Part shown: positions 15,017 through 28,130 of the stretch, in pieces
Numbering within the stretch: position 1 is the stretch's first letter
Layout of the letters: the number at the start of each line of letters is the position of its first letter
Source: Eledone cirrhosa
Lineage: Eukaryota
Assembly: GCA_964016885.1 (NCBI GenBank)
Contig: OZ024742.1
Span: 135,842,001-135,906,000 of the forward strand
Reading direction: 5' to 3'
DNA length: 64,000 bases
Notes under the pieces: generated by a model
Told to the model about the DNA's origin: nothing
Seen by the model: the letters and a program-made list of their open reading frames with translations, nothing else
The model's database searches: none
Program-made: the position numbers and the translations under genes

Positions 15017-16782
15017 ATTATAATTCTAACCGACAAAAGAATAATTTTCGTGGTACCATCTTAAACACAATATGCATAGCACTTCCTTGAGCAAGAATAT
15101 TAAACGCTGATTACCAATCTATAATTCAGGTCACCAAGCCAATGTATCAACAAATGATTAGAATCTGCAATTTGTCGAATGTAGTAAACCGCAAGAATCC
15201 AATTTCTCTCCTATACTATTTAATGTATACCTATACAACTTTCTCACAAGCCCACGAAACACACACAGTTTTACATGCTGATGGCATCACAGCCATACTC
15301 TCTCCCCCAATATTTCCACGTTATAGCTGTACAATTTTACTTTACATCAATCACCGATGAGCTTGGCTCTAAAATAAAATATTTGATAAAGTACCTACCA
15401 AATCTTCCATCTCTTCTTGCAAGTAAAACAATACATTTATAAAATAAATTATCACTTTAAGAAAAAAAAATACATTATCGATCGGCTCAATCGAGGCATG
15501 GATGGTTCTAAAGAAAACAACGCATACTTATGTTTTCAAAATTAATACCACTGCTATCGTATCATCGAAAACTTGGTCTTCCGATTCTCTTGTCATGCTA
15601 CATTCTTGCCGTTTATATTTATCAATTCTCATTTGTTTATCTACACTAAGGTCTCGTTGGAGTTAGAACAAATTTCACATTTTACTCTATAATATGAAGG
15701 CGATATTGCAACAGCTATTGGAATGGGTAAGTATTGGATAAAAAATTACGCATTATGATAGCTTTTACGCATATATTTCAGTGTTATCGACTATGGAAAA
15801 AATATGAAAAGAGAACGAAAAGAAAAATCGCAAATTTATCTTGAAAGATGAATCGTCTGATAGATATGTTTTTAGATGGCTGATTGATTATGGAGATATT
15901 GTTATCTTTAATATGAAGAAATGAATAACGAAGATGAAAGAAAGGTGGAAGTATAAAAAAGGTGAGAAAGATAAAAAGAAAGAAAGAAAGAAAGAAGTAG
16001 CAAGGAAGCCAAATATAGTCGTGACTGATACCATAATAATATAATTACGAAAGAATAAGAAAAGCATTATTTTTAACATTGGCAGAAGGTGATAAATTTT
16101 GTTCAAGGACACAGTCGATTAAATCAAAATAATACTTTATTAGTTCTTATTTTAGCAAGGTAGGACAGAGAAATGTTAAAATCTACCATTGCTATCCACC
16201 ACCCGTTTCACAATGATATTGATTTCTAGCATTGGCACATGGCCATACATTTCTGGAAAAGGGGCATAGAATAAATCGACCCCTGATTGATTTCTAAAAT
16301 AGGTACGAGGCCGTGTATTTTTACGGCGGGAAAAAATCGGTTAAGAATTGATCAGAATAGTTGACTGTTGACTGTGTTTTTAAATAGACCTCTGGAAATA
16401 TGACAATTATTTAGTTACCTAAAGAGACGGGATAAAATATAGAAGGATGCTGTTCAATGATCAAGATTCTACCATCCATCCATTAATTTCCTTCTAACAA
16501 TATCAAAAGATATGGTTCGTCGAATTTTCAATTTATATATATATGTTATTTCTGTTTTCTTGAATAAACTTTACAATGCTCATTACATTGTTTCATTATG
16601 TTAAAATCTTTACTTAGCTTTTCGAGGTACCAGCATAAAGAAATTATCTTTTCGATTTTGTTTCGCCGTTTAGGATGTTAAAAGCGTAACACAAAGACAC
16701 ATATGCTTTCAGGTCAGATTACTTTATCGTGATGATGAGGAGGATGGTGGTGATGATGTCAACAACAACAACAACAATAATG

Positions 16783-16997
16783 ATTTCTAGTATAGGCACA
16801 AGACAAGTAATTTGGGAAGAGGGGAAAGTCGATTAAATCGACCCCAGTGCGTGACTGGTACTTTATTTTATCGACCCCCGTACGAGTGAAAGGCAAAGTT
16901 AACCTCGGCGGGATTTGAACTCACATCATAAAGGGCCGTAACTCTATGCTGCAAAGCATGGCGTCCAACCCCCTGCCGATACTGCCAATCTACCGCC

Positions 16998-17033
<36 letters not shown>

Positions 17034-17115
17034 TTTCTACTTTTGGCACAAGGCCAGCAATTACCCAGTGTATGACTGGTACTTTATTTTATCGACCCCG
17101 TAAGGATGAAAGGCA
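16783..17115 (-). mobile_element. SINE family A: one full copy (16783-16998) and one partial copy (17032-17115) separated by (TAA)n
   Basis: Same family motifs; (TAA)n at 16998-17032. Confidence 0.85.
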
Positions 17116-17129
17116 ATAATAATAATAAA

Positions 17130-17428
17130 ACAATACCAGTGGTTGTAGGCGCCCTAGGAATGATACCTAAGGGGTCTAATGATTACTTATCGCAAATCCC
17201 AGGAAACCCGCGTATAGGAGAAATACAAAAGATAGTACTAATGGGAACTGCCCATATACTAAGGAAGATTCTGTCAATATAAGTACATCACAGGTCTAAA
17301 CACCTAAAGATGCATGTGTGTGTATGTATGTTCTTTCTTGAACATGGCGGACCTTGTTGTCTCTTGAGGCCACTAGTTGTGACTTGGTGATAACTCGTAT
17401 GAACATAAAGCAAGATAAATGCAACTGT
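17130..17428 (+). mobile_element. 3' fragment of an R4/Dong-like element ending in (TAA)n
   Basis: IPVVVGALGMIPKG..IQKIVLMGTAHILRKILSI* then short UTR and (TAA)n. Confidence 0.8.
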
Positions 17429-17446
17429 AATAATAATAATAATAAT

Positions 17447-20400
17447 GATTTCATTTATTAGCCACAAGGGCCGACATGTAGGGGACAATACACAGACAGG
17501 GACAGTGGGGTTTACAATAAGGTCGAGTAAAAGTGTACAATGGCAAGACTAATTTAACAAAGAAGATATAAAAATATAAAATAAACTATGCATACATATA
17601 ACAAAATAAATTGCCCGATATGGGGTGGACGACCCTGGGGTGACTCAGGTATCCCACCAATCCTGAACCACCCTGCGCTTCTAGGGCACCCAGCGAGAGC
17701 ACCCCTCTTCTATAGGCGCATGGTCAGAGTAGGCCCATTCACACGGGCCATTCTCGCCACATTCACCAACGTTTTAGCAAATATACTATGGAGGGGAGGG
17801 GGGGCAGCAATTCTCTCTCCACACTCACCTTCCTTTCCAGGTGAAACTTGAAGAAGTTGATGAGGGATTGGCCGAAAAGAAAAGTGTCTGTCTTCAGTCC
17901 TTTTAATCTGGTCCATCATATAACCTCTTCCGCAATAGCCACCAGACAGGAACATTTCATGCGCTTCCTGACCTAAGGATGGTGGTGGGTCGATATTCAC
18001 TATGGACTCGGCTGATAGCCGGATTCGTTCCACACGCGACAGTAGCTGTTCGACATAACTCCACAAGTCAGTAATGCACGGACATTGGACAAGTGCGTGC
18101 AGAACGGTTTCGTCGTTCTGTGCGCATATTGGGCAGGTCCGTCTGACAGCACTTCCTTGCTTGTAGAGTTTATCCCGAACCGGCGCTACCCCCCCCCCCC
18201 CTCCCCAGTAGCACTACCAAGCGAGGGATTTCTGGAAATTATCCATCATCCCCGGCTCGAAAGTCCTCCGGTACAAACTGGTCAGTTCGACTTCGTCGAG
18301 GACCAAAGCTTCTGCGAGTGCGTCATCGCACTTGCCCACCACTAATCCTATATAGAACTCGAGAGTGGAAGTTCCACTGATCGCATTGCACGCCTGGTAG
18401 AGAGCAGTGAGTGCCTGACAACATTCCAGGTGCCAATCACCCAGTCTCGGTCTCTTCTTGTTCAGTACTGCAGCTCAGTCAAAGAAACGAGCTGCGGAAA
18501 GGCCCGTCTGATAAACGACGACCACACCTGTTCACCATTTAGGCAGAATATCTGGAGATATAGTAAAATCAAATCTGCAAATCATTAGCCACGGCATGCT
18601 CAGCCCTCCGCGTAGAGGGTGCTGGCAGCAGATGGGCCGCCTTACCAACGGAACTTGTCCCCTCCACAAGAATTTGAAGAGGAGCCGTTCCAACTTGACG
18701 AGGCGCGGACGGGGGCAAGGCACGACGGTCAGGCGGTGGTAGATGATGGATGCGATGTATGCATTCGCCACCTCCGCGTGACCTTTCAGTGATAGCTTCC
18801 TCCCAGCCCGTTTTTGGGGGAGACTGGCTACTCTGCTCGTTACCTCGTCCCAATTCTTTTCCACCTGGAGATCTGGTCCGAACCAAACCCCGAGCAACTT
18901 TACCGGTCCGTCCGTCCACTGCCCCACGACGCTGTTGGACGGCATAGGCGTGCCTCTCCGGGTTCTGAGCTACAAGCCCACCAACTTTTCCGGGTTAAAT
19001 TTGGTTCCTGTCAACCTTTCATATTCCTTCAATAAGGTGCCGACCACCTCGATTTCTGAGGTGTCCGACACCATCACGGTGATGTCGTCCGCATAAGCCG
19101 ATACCGCCCTTCCACGTCCCGGTTCGAGAGGGATGCCCTGCATCAGCTCCAGTTTCCGCAGTAAAGGCTCGAAAGTCAATACGTACATCGGGAGAGCCGA
19201 AATGGTTCCATTAACATTGACCACCGAGCCTGTGCCGCTGTGCATTGCAGGGATCCAGCTTCTGAAGACAGGGCCCAAGCCAGCTGCCTTGAGGACAAAC
19301 TCCAGATACCGATGGTCAATCCTATCGAATGCTTTCGATTGATCTAAATTGATCTGTGCCCCACCGAAGCCAGGTTTACACCCTACCCTCTCTATGATGT
19401 ATCGCATGAGGTGGAGATTTTCGTGTTCGGACCTGGATGGGATCGCGCACGTCTGCGCCTCCCCAACCAAATCCTCGACGACAAGCGCCAATCTCTTTGC
19501 TAACACCTTGGCCAAAATCATAAACTCTGTGTTGAGCAGAGTTATGGGCCTGAAGTTGTTTAATGTATCCCTCTTGTTCTCGTCTTTCCTTATCAGCGTC
19601 ATCACTCCCCAGCTCACAGAACTGGGAATACTCCCATTCTGCTGCCAGTTGCAGTAGAGTGCTTCGAGGAGATCGGAGAATAAGTCTGGCATATTTACGT
19701 AAAGCTCGTAGTGCAGGCCATCCAAACTGGGTGACTTGCGCCTCATGCAGCCGACAAGGGCGTTCTGAATTTCGGCTGAAGTAATCGGCCTTTCACAGCG
19801 ATCAGCGTTGACCGTCGAGGTGCGTGGCAAGCCGTCAAGGTAGGGACTGAAATCCGCTACTCTCTCTGACTCGCCACTCTCCCCGAAGTGGAGGGGGAAG
19901 AAAGAGAATTTTTTTCTTTTTTGGTTTCTTTTTTTCTTTTTTCCTGATACCGTTTCCCACTCCTCGTAGTCACAATCTGTCTCCAGTTGTGATAGGCCGG
20001 GGAGTGGAAAATCCTCCACAGGCGTTAGTTTTGGTTGTAGCGTGGTGGATGGTGTAGGCGCTGGTGCTAGTTCTGAAGCGTTGGGTGGTGGTGGTGTTGG
20101 TTTTGCTACTGTTGCTGGGGTTGTTGCTGTTATAGTTGCTTCTGTTGTTGCTGCCATCTCTGCTACTGGTGGTGTTGATGGTTGAGTCACTGTGGTGAGT
20201 AGGAGATGTGGCCTCAACCTTTTAGCCTGAGGGCAGAAAGCCCTTAGGTGGGTTCCTTCACCACAAACGACAAACCTAGGCCTTCTGCCCTCGACAATTA
20301 CGGTGAGGTGGCTGCCGTCAGTGAGGTCTATTACCTCTGGGATCTCCTCAATGCTTTTTTGGTCCACTTGGATCAGGAGCTCCATCCCAGATCCGGACCA

Positions 20401-21525
20401 GTTCTCCTGCTTTTCTTTTGCTATTGCTATTATCTTTGTGTTGGCTTCGATGCCGGCGAGGACGGCCGCTATTAGCCAGGGAATTTCGATGGCCGGTGGA
20501 ACGTGGGTCACCCTGATCTTTACGAGTCTCTGGCCACAATTGCTTGGGACGAGTGTGAAGTTGTCACTTCTTAATGGGGCCATGGAGTGTTCTCTAGCCT
20601 CCTCTGGTGTTTCAAAGAACACTTCCACGGTTCCATACTTCTGTCCACGTCTGATGTGGGTTTTTCTTGCCCACACATGTCCCAAAGCTTTTTGGATTTG
20701 GGACTCGGATGCCCGTTCCACTCGGCGCGATTTTACATTAATTGTTCGATACGACACGGTGCATAGGTGCCGATGCTACATTTTATTAGGTTGGGGGGGC
20801 TGGCCCTGTACCCATCTTTCTTTACCATTTTTTTGGCATTTTCTAATTCCTCCTGAGTTACCGTAAATGCTTCGCACTGTTTTGCTACTTTGGCAAAACT
20901 CTGGGTGGTTTTTTTAATGTCATCGTTGCTGTTGTTGTTATCGTTATTTTTGTTATTATTAATTTTAGTTTCAGTTGTGGTGGTGGTGACGTCAGTGGTG
21001 TTCGGTCTGGATGAGTCCATTTTGGTTGAAAACATTTCGACATCACGAGTTGATTTATTTTTTCCTTTTGTTTCTGTTGTCGCAGTAGTGGTGGGGTGGG
21101 GTTGTCGCGGTGGTGGCGGCTTTAACACCTGCAGTCATTGATAATGGCGGGAAATGAATGTCTGCCTGAGACAAATTTAAAATATTGCTACTGCTTATAT
21201 TTTTTTTAGTGTTGGCAAACGTAGTAACATTTACAATGGTGGTGTCGGTATGAGGTGTTAATTTGTGAGGAAGGCTCTCAGCTGCTTGGTGCAGAGGTGA
21301 ATTAGCCTTTTTTTTTTTTTTTTCAAAGAAATTTTTTGATAATCATAAAAGTTTAAATTTTGGGTACAAGGCCCCAATCTTTTTGGGTGTCCTTTTCGGA
21401 AAACAATGTATGTGCGCTTATATATAGTTAACAATAAAAATGTTCCATAAATCTCAATTTTTAACAAACGGAAATAACAAACCTTTGCGGAGCTCACGAT
21501 GATACGATTTACAACCTAGGTCGCC
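17447..21525 (-). mobile_element. Tx1/L1-like non-LTR retrotransposon copy A, both ends present, internally deleted (APE missing)
   Basis: 5' end GGCGACCTA.. matches 32586; ORF1 (RRM-like + knuckle remnant VCGEGTHLRAFC) joined to RT (NFRPITLLN, LDQSKAFD, AYADD); C-terminal ETVLHALVQC; 3' AATAAA; (TAA)n on both sides. Confidence 0.9.

Positions 21526-21589
<64 letters not shown>
21526..21589. repeat. (TAA)n microsatellite between Tx1-like and Dong-like elements
   Basis: Directly visible. Confidence 0.95.
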
Positions 21590-24179
21590 GACACTAAAAA
21601 TAGACTGGAAATAAAGTACAAAACTAGGAGGAAAAAGCTAAATATTATCATAGAGGAACTGAAGCAACGCATTGTAGCAAAGAGTGCAAAAATCAGGCGA
21701 TACGAGAACAGAGTCAGCCAGTATAGACAGAACTGCATGTTCGACAACAACCAGAAGATGCTGTTTGGACAGCTTGAAGGGAAAGAAAGAGGCAACGACT
21801 TGATCCCTGAGGCGGAACAAACTAAAACATTCTGGAGAGGAATATGGGAGCAGGATGTTAAACATAATGACCAGGCAGTGTGGATTGAGACAGTACAGAA
21901 GGAGATTAGTGAACAGGCACACCAACAAACTGATTTGAGCATCACAGTTGAAACTCTTAAGGGGCAGGCCAAAAAACTAACCAACTGGAAATCACCAGGC
22001 CCAGATGGTGTGCAGGGGTTTGGGATTAAAAGTATAACATCCCTCCACCCGAAACTGACAACCATGTTTAATGACTGCTCGATGTCAGGTGAGGTACCAG
22101 AGTGGTTGACAAAAGGTACCACAGTTCTGATAATGAAAGACCGAATCAAGGGTAATGATGTTACCAACTATAGACCTATCACCTGTCTGTCCGTAATGTG
22201 GAAACTGTTGAGAAGCATTATGTCTGAGGAAATCTACCATCACCTTCACACAAACAACTTGTTACCGGACGAACAGAAAAGATGCCGAAAGAAGTCACGT
22301 GGTACAAAGGACCAGTTACTTATTGATAAGATGGTAATGAGGAATTGCAAGAGGAGACACACTGGTCTTGCCATGGGAGGGATAGACTACAAAAAGGCAT
22401 TTGACATGGTGCCTCATTCTTGGATCACCAAAAGCCTGGAGATCTTCAAGGTGGCAGATAACATCAGACAGTTGTTGGGCAAAAGTATGAAGTCCTGGGA
22501 AACAGAGTTAACATCAATTAGAGAATCCTTAGAAAGCGTGAAGATCAAGAGAGGTATCTCCCAGGGAGATAGTCTGTCCCCTCTGTTGTTTGTCCTTGCC
22601 CTGATGCCCCTGACCAGTGTACTGCGAAAAGTGAGAGCAGGATACAGGTTGGGAAAGGGAGGGCTTACCATCAATCACCTCCTCTTCATGGACGATCTTA
22701 TGCTCTTCGGGAAGAGTGAGAAGGAGTTGGATGTGCTTGTTGACACTGTCCGTATTTTCACCAATGATATATGTATGCAATTTGGTATTAGTAAGTGTGG
22801 AGTCATTGTGATGAAGAGGGGTAAGTTGAGCAGAAATAACGGAAAACAGATACCAACGGGTGAGATGATAAAGGAAATTGACTCTGAAGAAGGATACAAG
22901 TATTTGGGCGTTCTGGAGGATGATGACATCAAGAACAAAAAAATGAACGAATTGATAAGAACTGAATACATTCTGAGAGTAAGGAGCGTATTAAAGTCAC
23001 ATCTGAACAGTAGGAATGCCATAAGTGCAGTAAATTCCCGAGCTGTGTCTATTATTAGGTACAATGCGGGAATTCTGAGATGGAATGTTGCTGAACAGAA
23101 AGAAATGGATAGGAAGACTAGGAAGCTATTGACTATCTACAACATGTTCCACAAGAGGAGTGATGTCGATAGACTCTACTTAAGGAGATCTGAGGGTAGA
23201 AGAGGTCTTATCAGCATAGAGGACTGTGTTCAGATGGAGAAAAACAACCTACACAAATACGTGACTGATAGTAAGGAGCCAATGCTCAGAACTGTACTGA
23301 AGGAGGGGACAATAGGCCAGGGGATGTCCAAGGAGGCAATAACATCAAGGAGAAAGAGCAGCCTTCAGGAAAAATCCCTTCTGAATTTAGAGATCCACAG
23401 ACATGGAACTGGTTGAAAAAAGGAGACTTTAAAAAAGCTACAGAAGGAATGTTAATGGCTGCGCAGGAGCAGGCCCTCAAAACGAAGTCCTTGAAACGCC
23501 ATATTTACAAGGAGGAGGCTAGCCCACTGTGCAGGATCTGTGGAGAGAGAGAGGAGACTGTGGTTCACATTGTATCCGAGTGTAATCACCTAGCGCAGAC
23601 TCACTATAAGGGCTGGAGACATGATGTAATGGGCAGGGTGATCCCCTGGCACCTATGCAAAGTAAACAATTTACCACATTCTGAGAAGTGGTATGAGCAT
23701 AAGCCAGAGGCGGTGATAGAAGACGATCAGGTGAAGGTGCTGTGGGATTTTAGGATACAGACGGAGAAGAAACTGAAACACAATAGACCTGACCTGGTGG
23801 TTTTGGACAAAGAAAAAAGATCGTGCCTGATTGTGGATGTGGCCTGCCCATTCGACACGAGGGTGCAAGAGAAGGAGAGGGAGAAAATTAACCGATACCA
23901 GGACTTAAAGTGGGAGGTAAAAAGGATTTGGAACTGCCATGAAGTCAAAGTGATCCCGATTGTCATAGGCGCACTAGGGACTATCTCAAAAAGTTTCCAG
24001 GGATGGTTAAAGAAAATTGGCCCCTTCACACTTTTTGGTACGCTTCAAAAGGCATGCTTGCTGGGAACAGCAAGAATCCTCCGATACGTCCTGAATATCT
24101 GAGGTTGCAGGTAGTGGCTTGATATTCATTTCAACAAACTTTCCAGTTAACTAACATCAATGACTGAGACTCAAAGAGT
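21590..24179 (+). mobile_element. R4/Dong-like non-LTR retrotransposon, (TAA)n family, 5'-truncated copy A
   Basis: ORFs 21737..23416 and 23413..24102: WKSPGPDG, NYRPITCL, IDYKKAFD, QGDSLSPLLF, LFMDDL, CRICGEREETVVHIVSEC, RHD, RPDLVV..DVACP..EK..Y; ends in (TAA)n. Confidence 0.92.
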
Positions 24180-24215
24180 AATAACAACAATAATAATAAT
24201 AATAATAATAATAAT

Positions 24216-25840
24216 GATTTCATTTATTAGCCACAAGGGCTGACATGTAGGCGACAATACAAAGACAGGGACGGTGGGGGTTTACAAAAAGGTCGAGTAA
24301 AAGTGCATAATGGCAAGACTAATTTAACAATGAAGATATAAAAGTATAAAATAAACTATGCATAAACATATAACAAAATAAATTCCCCGATAGGGGGTGG
24401 ACAACCCTGGGGTGACTCAGGTACCCCACCAATCCTGAACCACCCTGCGCTTCTAGGGCACGCAGAGAGAGCACCCTTCTCCTCAAGTTAGCTAGCCTAT
24501 AGGCGCATGGACAGAGTAGGCCCATTTACAAAGGCCATTCTCGCCACATTCATCCACCTTTTAGCAAATATACTGGAGGGCAGCACTTATCTCTCCACAC
24601 TCACCTTAATTTCCAAGTGAAACTTGAAGTAGTTGATGAGGGATTGGCCGAAGAGAAAAGTGTCTCTTTTCAGTCCCTTTAATCTGGTCTACCATATAAC
24701 CTCTTTCGCAACGGCTACAAGACAGACGAACATTTCCTGCTCTTCCTGACCTAAGGGAGGCGGCGGTTCGATATTCTCTATGGACTCGGCCGATAGCCGG
24801 ATTCATTCCACACGCGACAGTAGCTGTTCGACATAACTCCACAAGTCAGTAATGCACGGACATTGGACAAGTGTGTACAGAACGGTTTCGTCGTTCTGTG
24901 CGCATCTTGGACAGGTCCGTCTGACAGCACTCCCATACCTGTAGAGTTTATCCCGAACCAGCAGTGTCCCCCGGTAGCACTATCAAGCGAGGGATTTCTG
25001 GAAATTGTCCATCGTCCACGGCTCGAATGTCCTCCGGTACAGACTGGTCAGTTCGAATTCGTTGAGGCCCAAAGCGCATCATTAGCCACGGCATGCCCAA
25101 CCCTCCACGTAGAGGTGCTGCCTGCAGATGGACCGCCTCACCAGCGGAACCTGACCCTCCACAAGAATTTGAAGAGGAGCCGCTCCAAGATGGCGAGACG
25201 CGAACGGGGGAAAGGGACGACGGTCAGACGGTAGTAGATGACGGACGCGATGTACGCGTTCGCCACCTCCGCCCTACCTTTCAGTGATAGCTTCATCCCA
25301 GCCCATTTCTGGGTGAGACTGGCTACTCTGCCCATCACCTCGTCCCAATTCTTATCCACCTGGACCAAACCCTTAGCAACTTTACCGGTCCGTATTAGTA
25401 AGTTTACCGGTCCGACGCTGTTGGACGGCATGGACTTGCCTCTCCAGGTGCCGAGTTGCAAGCCCACCGACTTTTCCGGGTTAACTTTTGCTCCCGTCAA
25501 CCTTTCATATTCCTCCAATAAGTTGGCGACCACCTCGATTTCTGAGGTGTCCGACACCATCACGGTGATGTCGTCCACATAAGCCGACACAGCCTTTCCG
25601 CGTCCCGGTTCGAGCGGGATACCCTGCAACAGCTCCACCTTCCGCAGTAAAGGCGCGAGAGTCAATACGTACAGAAGGGAGGAGAGAGGGCACCCTTGAC
25701 GGACCGATCGGGAGACCTGAAATGGTTCCGAGAGGTGGCCATCAATTTTGACCATCGAGCGCGTGCCGCTGTGCATTGCAGCGATCCAGCTTCTGAAGAC
25801 GGGGCCGAAGCCAGCCGCCTTGAGGACAGCCTCCAGGTAC
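24216..25840 (-). mobile_element. Tx1/L1-like element copy B, 3' part with internal deletion
   Basis: Closely similar to 17447-19310; ORF 25138..25776 SVRQGCPLSSLLYVL..AYVDD. Confidence 0.88.
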
Positions 25841-28115
25841 CGTTTTCTGAACTGTTCGGGAGCGGCGGCGGGCCGGATCGGGGTATGAACCTCATTGGAT
25901 ACCTCGCCGGACTACCTCGGCTCTCGACAACCGCAACACGGTGTTGCGAAAAGCCAATAACAGCCGGTGAAATACGGGAAGCGATGGCTAACTGCACGAG
26001 GGGTAGTTTGGATGAAGCTTTATGCATTTATACCAGACTTGTTCAGTGACCTCTTGTCATACGTCTACTGCAACTGGCAGCAGAACGGGAGCATTCCCAG
26101 TTTTATGAGCCGGGGAGCGGTGGTCTTGCTGAGAAAAGACACGAACAAAGGGGATGTTATCGATAACTTCAGGCCAATAACTCTGCTAAACGCAGAGTTC
26201 AAGATTTTGGCCAAGGTGTAAGCAACGAGGTTGCTTGTCGTCGACGGTCTGGCGGGAGAGGCGCAGACATGCCTCATTCCGGACAGATCCATACACGCCA
26301 AACTCCACGTCATGCGATACATCGTAGAAGGGTGGTTTAGGAACCTGGCACGGGTGGGGCCCTTATCAACTTGGATCAATCCAAAGCAGCCGGTTTCGGA
26401 CCCGTTTTCAGGGGTTGGATCGCTGCGATGTACAGCGACATCTGCTCAGTTGTGAGGGTGAAAGGTCACATGTCGCAGCCATTCAGCATCATGCGCTCAG
26501 TCGCGAGGGTTGTCCCCTCTCGTCCCTCATGTACGTATTGGCTCTCGAGCCGTTACTGCACGAATTGGGGGCGATAAGGGGCGTCCCATGCGAACTAGGA
26601 TGCGGGAAATCCGAGTCGGCTTACGCCGACTACGTCATCGTGGTGATGTCGAGCACCAGACACGTCCAGATGTTCGGCACCGCTCTCAAGGAATACGAAG
26701 CGGTGACAGGATGGCCTCCTCGCCCTGAAATGGGCCGAGAGGAAGTTGTTACTGAAAGGCCGGACAGAGGTGGCGAATGCGTACATCGCATCCGTCATCT
26801 GCTACCGCCTCACCGTCGTCCCTTTCACCGGCCCAACTCTCACCAGAATGGAGCGCCTCCTCTTCCACTTGTTGTGGAAGGGACGCGCTCCCATGGTCAG
26901 ACGATCCATCTGCTGTCAACACCCGTTGCGTGGAGGACTGGGCATGCCATGGCTGATGATGCGCAAACATGCGCTGAGGCTGCGACATCTCTGCTGCTTC
27001 CTTGATGGTGAACAGGTGTGGTCGCCGTACGCCAGGCACGATTTCCCACAGCTCGTCTCCTTGACAGAACTGCAGTCCTGGGTCAGGAAAAGACCGAGGG
27101 TTAGCGCTTGGAAACTGGAATGTCTCCAGGCGCTCACTGTCCTCTGCCAGCTGGGCACCAGTATCGGTGGAAGATCCACCTCGGCGTTCTATAGAGGACT
27201 TGTGGAGGGGAAGTGCGACGATGTTCTCGGAGAGATCCTGGGCGTCGAAAGAAATCAGCTGTTTGCTCTCTTCCGGAGAACTTTCAGCCTAGGGCCTATG
27301 GATAACTTCCAGAAATCCCTGGCCTGGCAGTGCTACCGGGGAACTTTGCCTGTTCGAGATAACTCTACAGGCACGGAAGTGCCGTCAGCCGAGCCTTTCC
27401 GAGATGCGCGCAGAGCGACGAAACCGTCGTGCACTCACTCGTTCAGTGCCCGAGCATTGCTGACTTGTGGAGCTATGTCGAACAGTTGCTGTCCGTGTAG
27501 GACCGATCCGGTTATCAACTAAGTCCATTGTGCAGCTGGTCTCTCCGTCTTCCTTCGAGGAGGAAGGGCAGGCGGTTTTCATCTGCCTATTGGCTATGGC
27601 GAAAGAGATTGTGTGATGGACAAAGTTGAAAGGGGTAGGGACAGACACTTTCCTCTTCGGCGAATCCCTAATTAACTTCTTCAAGTTTCACTTGAAGAGG
27701 TAAATCAGGGTGGAGAGGCAAGTGCTGCTTTCTAGCAAGTTTGTTAAAAGGTGAGTGAATGTAGCGGGAATGGTCCGAGTGAACGGGACCGCTCTGAATA
27801 TACGCCTGTAGTTTGAGGAATGGAAAAATTGAGAGAGGGCGCTTGCCCTGGTGGTCAGAGTGGCCGTGGGTTTTGTGTCGTTTTCGCCACGAGTAACACT
27901 CGGTGGTTTCCCCCTATTGGGGAATTTTTCATTGTTTCAATTTTCATTTTTATTGTTTATATATAATATATATGTTTCTATGTCTTTTTTTTCTTTTCTT
28001 ATATAAAGAATAAAAATCTTCACACGCACAAAACTCACATCGTACCGTCCTGTACCGTCCTGTGCCGTCTGTAATGTTTTTCTTGATGTCAGCCCTTGTG
28101 GCCAATAACGAAATC
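25841..28115 (+). mobile_element. Tx1/L1-like element copy C, 5'-truncated, diverged subfamily
   Basis: NFRPITLLNAEFKILAKV, EGCPLSSLMYVLALEP, AYAD, GGLGMP; tail CCCTTGTGGCCAATAACGAAATC then (ATT)n. Confidence 0.88.
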
Positions 28116-28130
28116 ATTATTATTATTATT

